From the NCBI RefSeq assembly GCF_000143415.4, contig NW_003314298.1, positions 248,001 through 312,000 of the forward strand: a stretch of 64,000 nucleotides of DNA, written 5' to 3'. The translations under genes were made by a program, and so were the position numbers. The stretch is from Selaginella moellendorffii. Taxonomy: Eukaryota > Plantae > Lycopodiophyta. The notes under the pieces were generated by a model. It did no database searches and had not been told where the DNA came from. It saw only the letters and a list, made by a program, of their open reading frames with translations. How positions within the stretch are numbered: position 1 is the stretch's first letter; each line of letters opens with the position of its first letter. Positions 63,400-64,000 of this stretch are shown in pieces.

Positions 63400-64000
63400 T
63401 GTTGGAATGTAGTCACCAGCGGAATCCATTCCAAAGAACAGGAAATAGATGTATGGATGATCCAAAGCTTCCTGAGAACCATATGTGAAAAAAACATATA
63501 AAAAGGGAGTTTTTCTTACCATGTCGGGTTCAGCAGGAGCTTCCAAGCTGTCCTCCGCAACTGCATCAAGTTTTACTTATCAAACTTCAGAAAAAACAAA
63601 AACAGGAACCGCACCATATGCTGCTTCCTGCTGAGGTTCGCTCTCAACATCGACAAGCACCTGTTGATCCGACATTCATAAGCTCATTTACTCGAGGCCT
63701 TGGAGGAGTGAAGGAGATTAACCTGGTAAAAGGGCTGGTTCTTTCGCTGATCGTAGACTCTGGCCCTGTCGCACCATTTCTCCGACTCACAGCACACTGG
63801 ATCCATTCCGCAAACAACTCCTCTATAACCTGTGCTTAACGAGCTCTCTCAGCCAAAACCAGAAAAAGTCAACAAAGACTCACCAAACAGCTTGTGCCGG
63901 ACCTTCTGGCCAAGACGAAATGCGTACTTCACATTCTGGTAAGCCAGAGCTCTTACGGATGCTGCTAGCGATTCTGACTGAACATGAAAGAATAGAAACG
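63400..64000 (-). CDS. 3' exons of an unidentified gene running in from beyond the window
   Basis: Minus-strand splice signals (cttacc at ~63516, ctcacc at ~63880) flank open frames; product not recognised. Confidence 0.35.

Overview
Eukaryotic, plant-type genomic DNA. The ~50-60 bp GT-AG introns, PPR fragments, Met-type PBS and TTTAGGG repeats are consistent with an early-diverging land plant such as Selaginella (inference). Bases ~1-55,000 are a nested transposon and pseudogene region. It holds three copies of a Crinkler-like NTPase+REase gene, a complete 12.3-kb Sola1-like DNA transposon (5031-17357; 27-bp TIRs, CATA target-site duplication), a MULE/SWIM transposase relic, a decayed chromoviral Ty3/gypsy element, gypsy and copia fragments, and a MOT1 pseudogene. 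From ~56,500 there are ordinary genes: purple acid phosphatase, tonoplast sugar transporter and a lumenal FKBP. The main observation is four genes or pseudogenes for ParB/Srx-like proteins, at least three with a degenerate beta-class DNA-methyltransferase-like region. Three of them sit beside their own array of 20-22 bp palindromes. The Sola element has ~20 copies of ATGGCRTG-N6-CAYGCCAT confined between its TIRs, many in introns. A diverged paralog has ~25 copies of the variant TTAGCRTG-N6-CAYGCTAA. This suggests a transposon-borne ParB/parS-like self-recognition system. The function is inference; all domain calls are by eye, and no searches were run.
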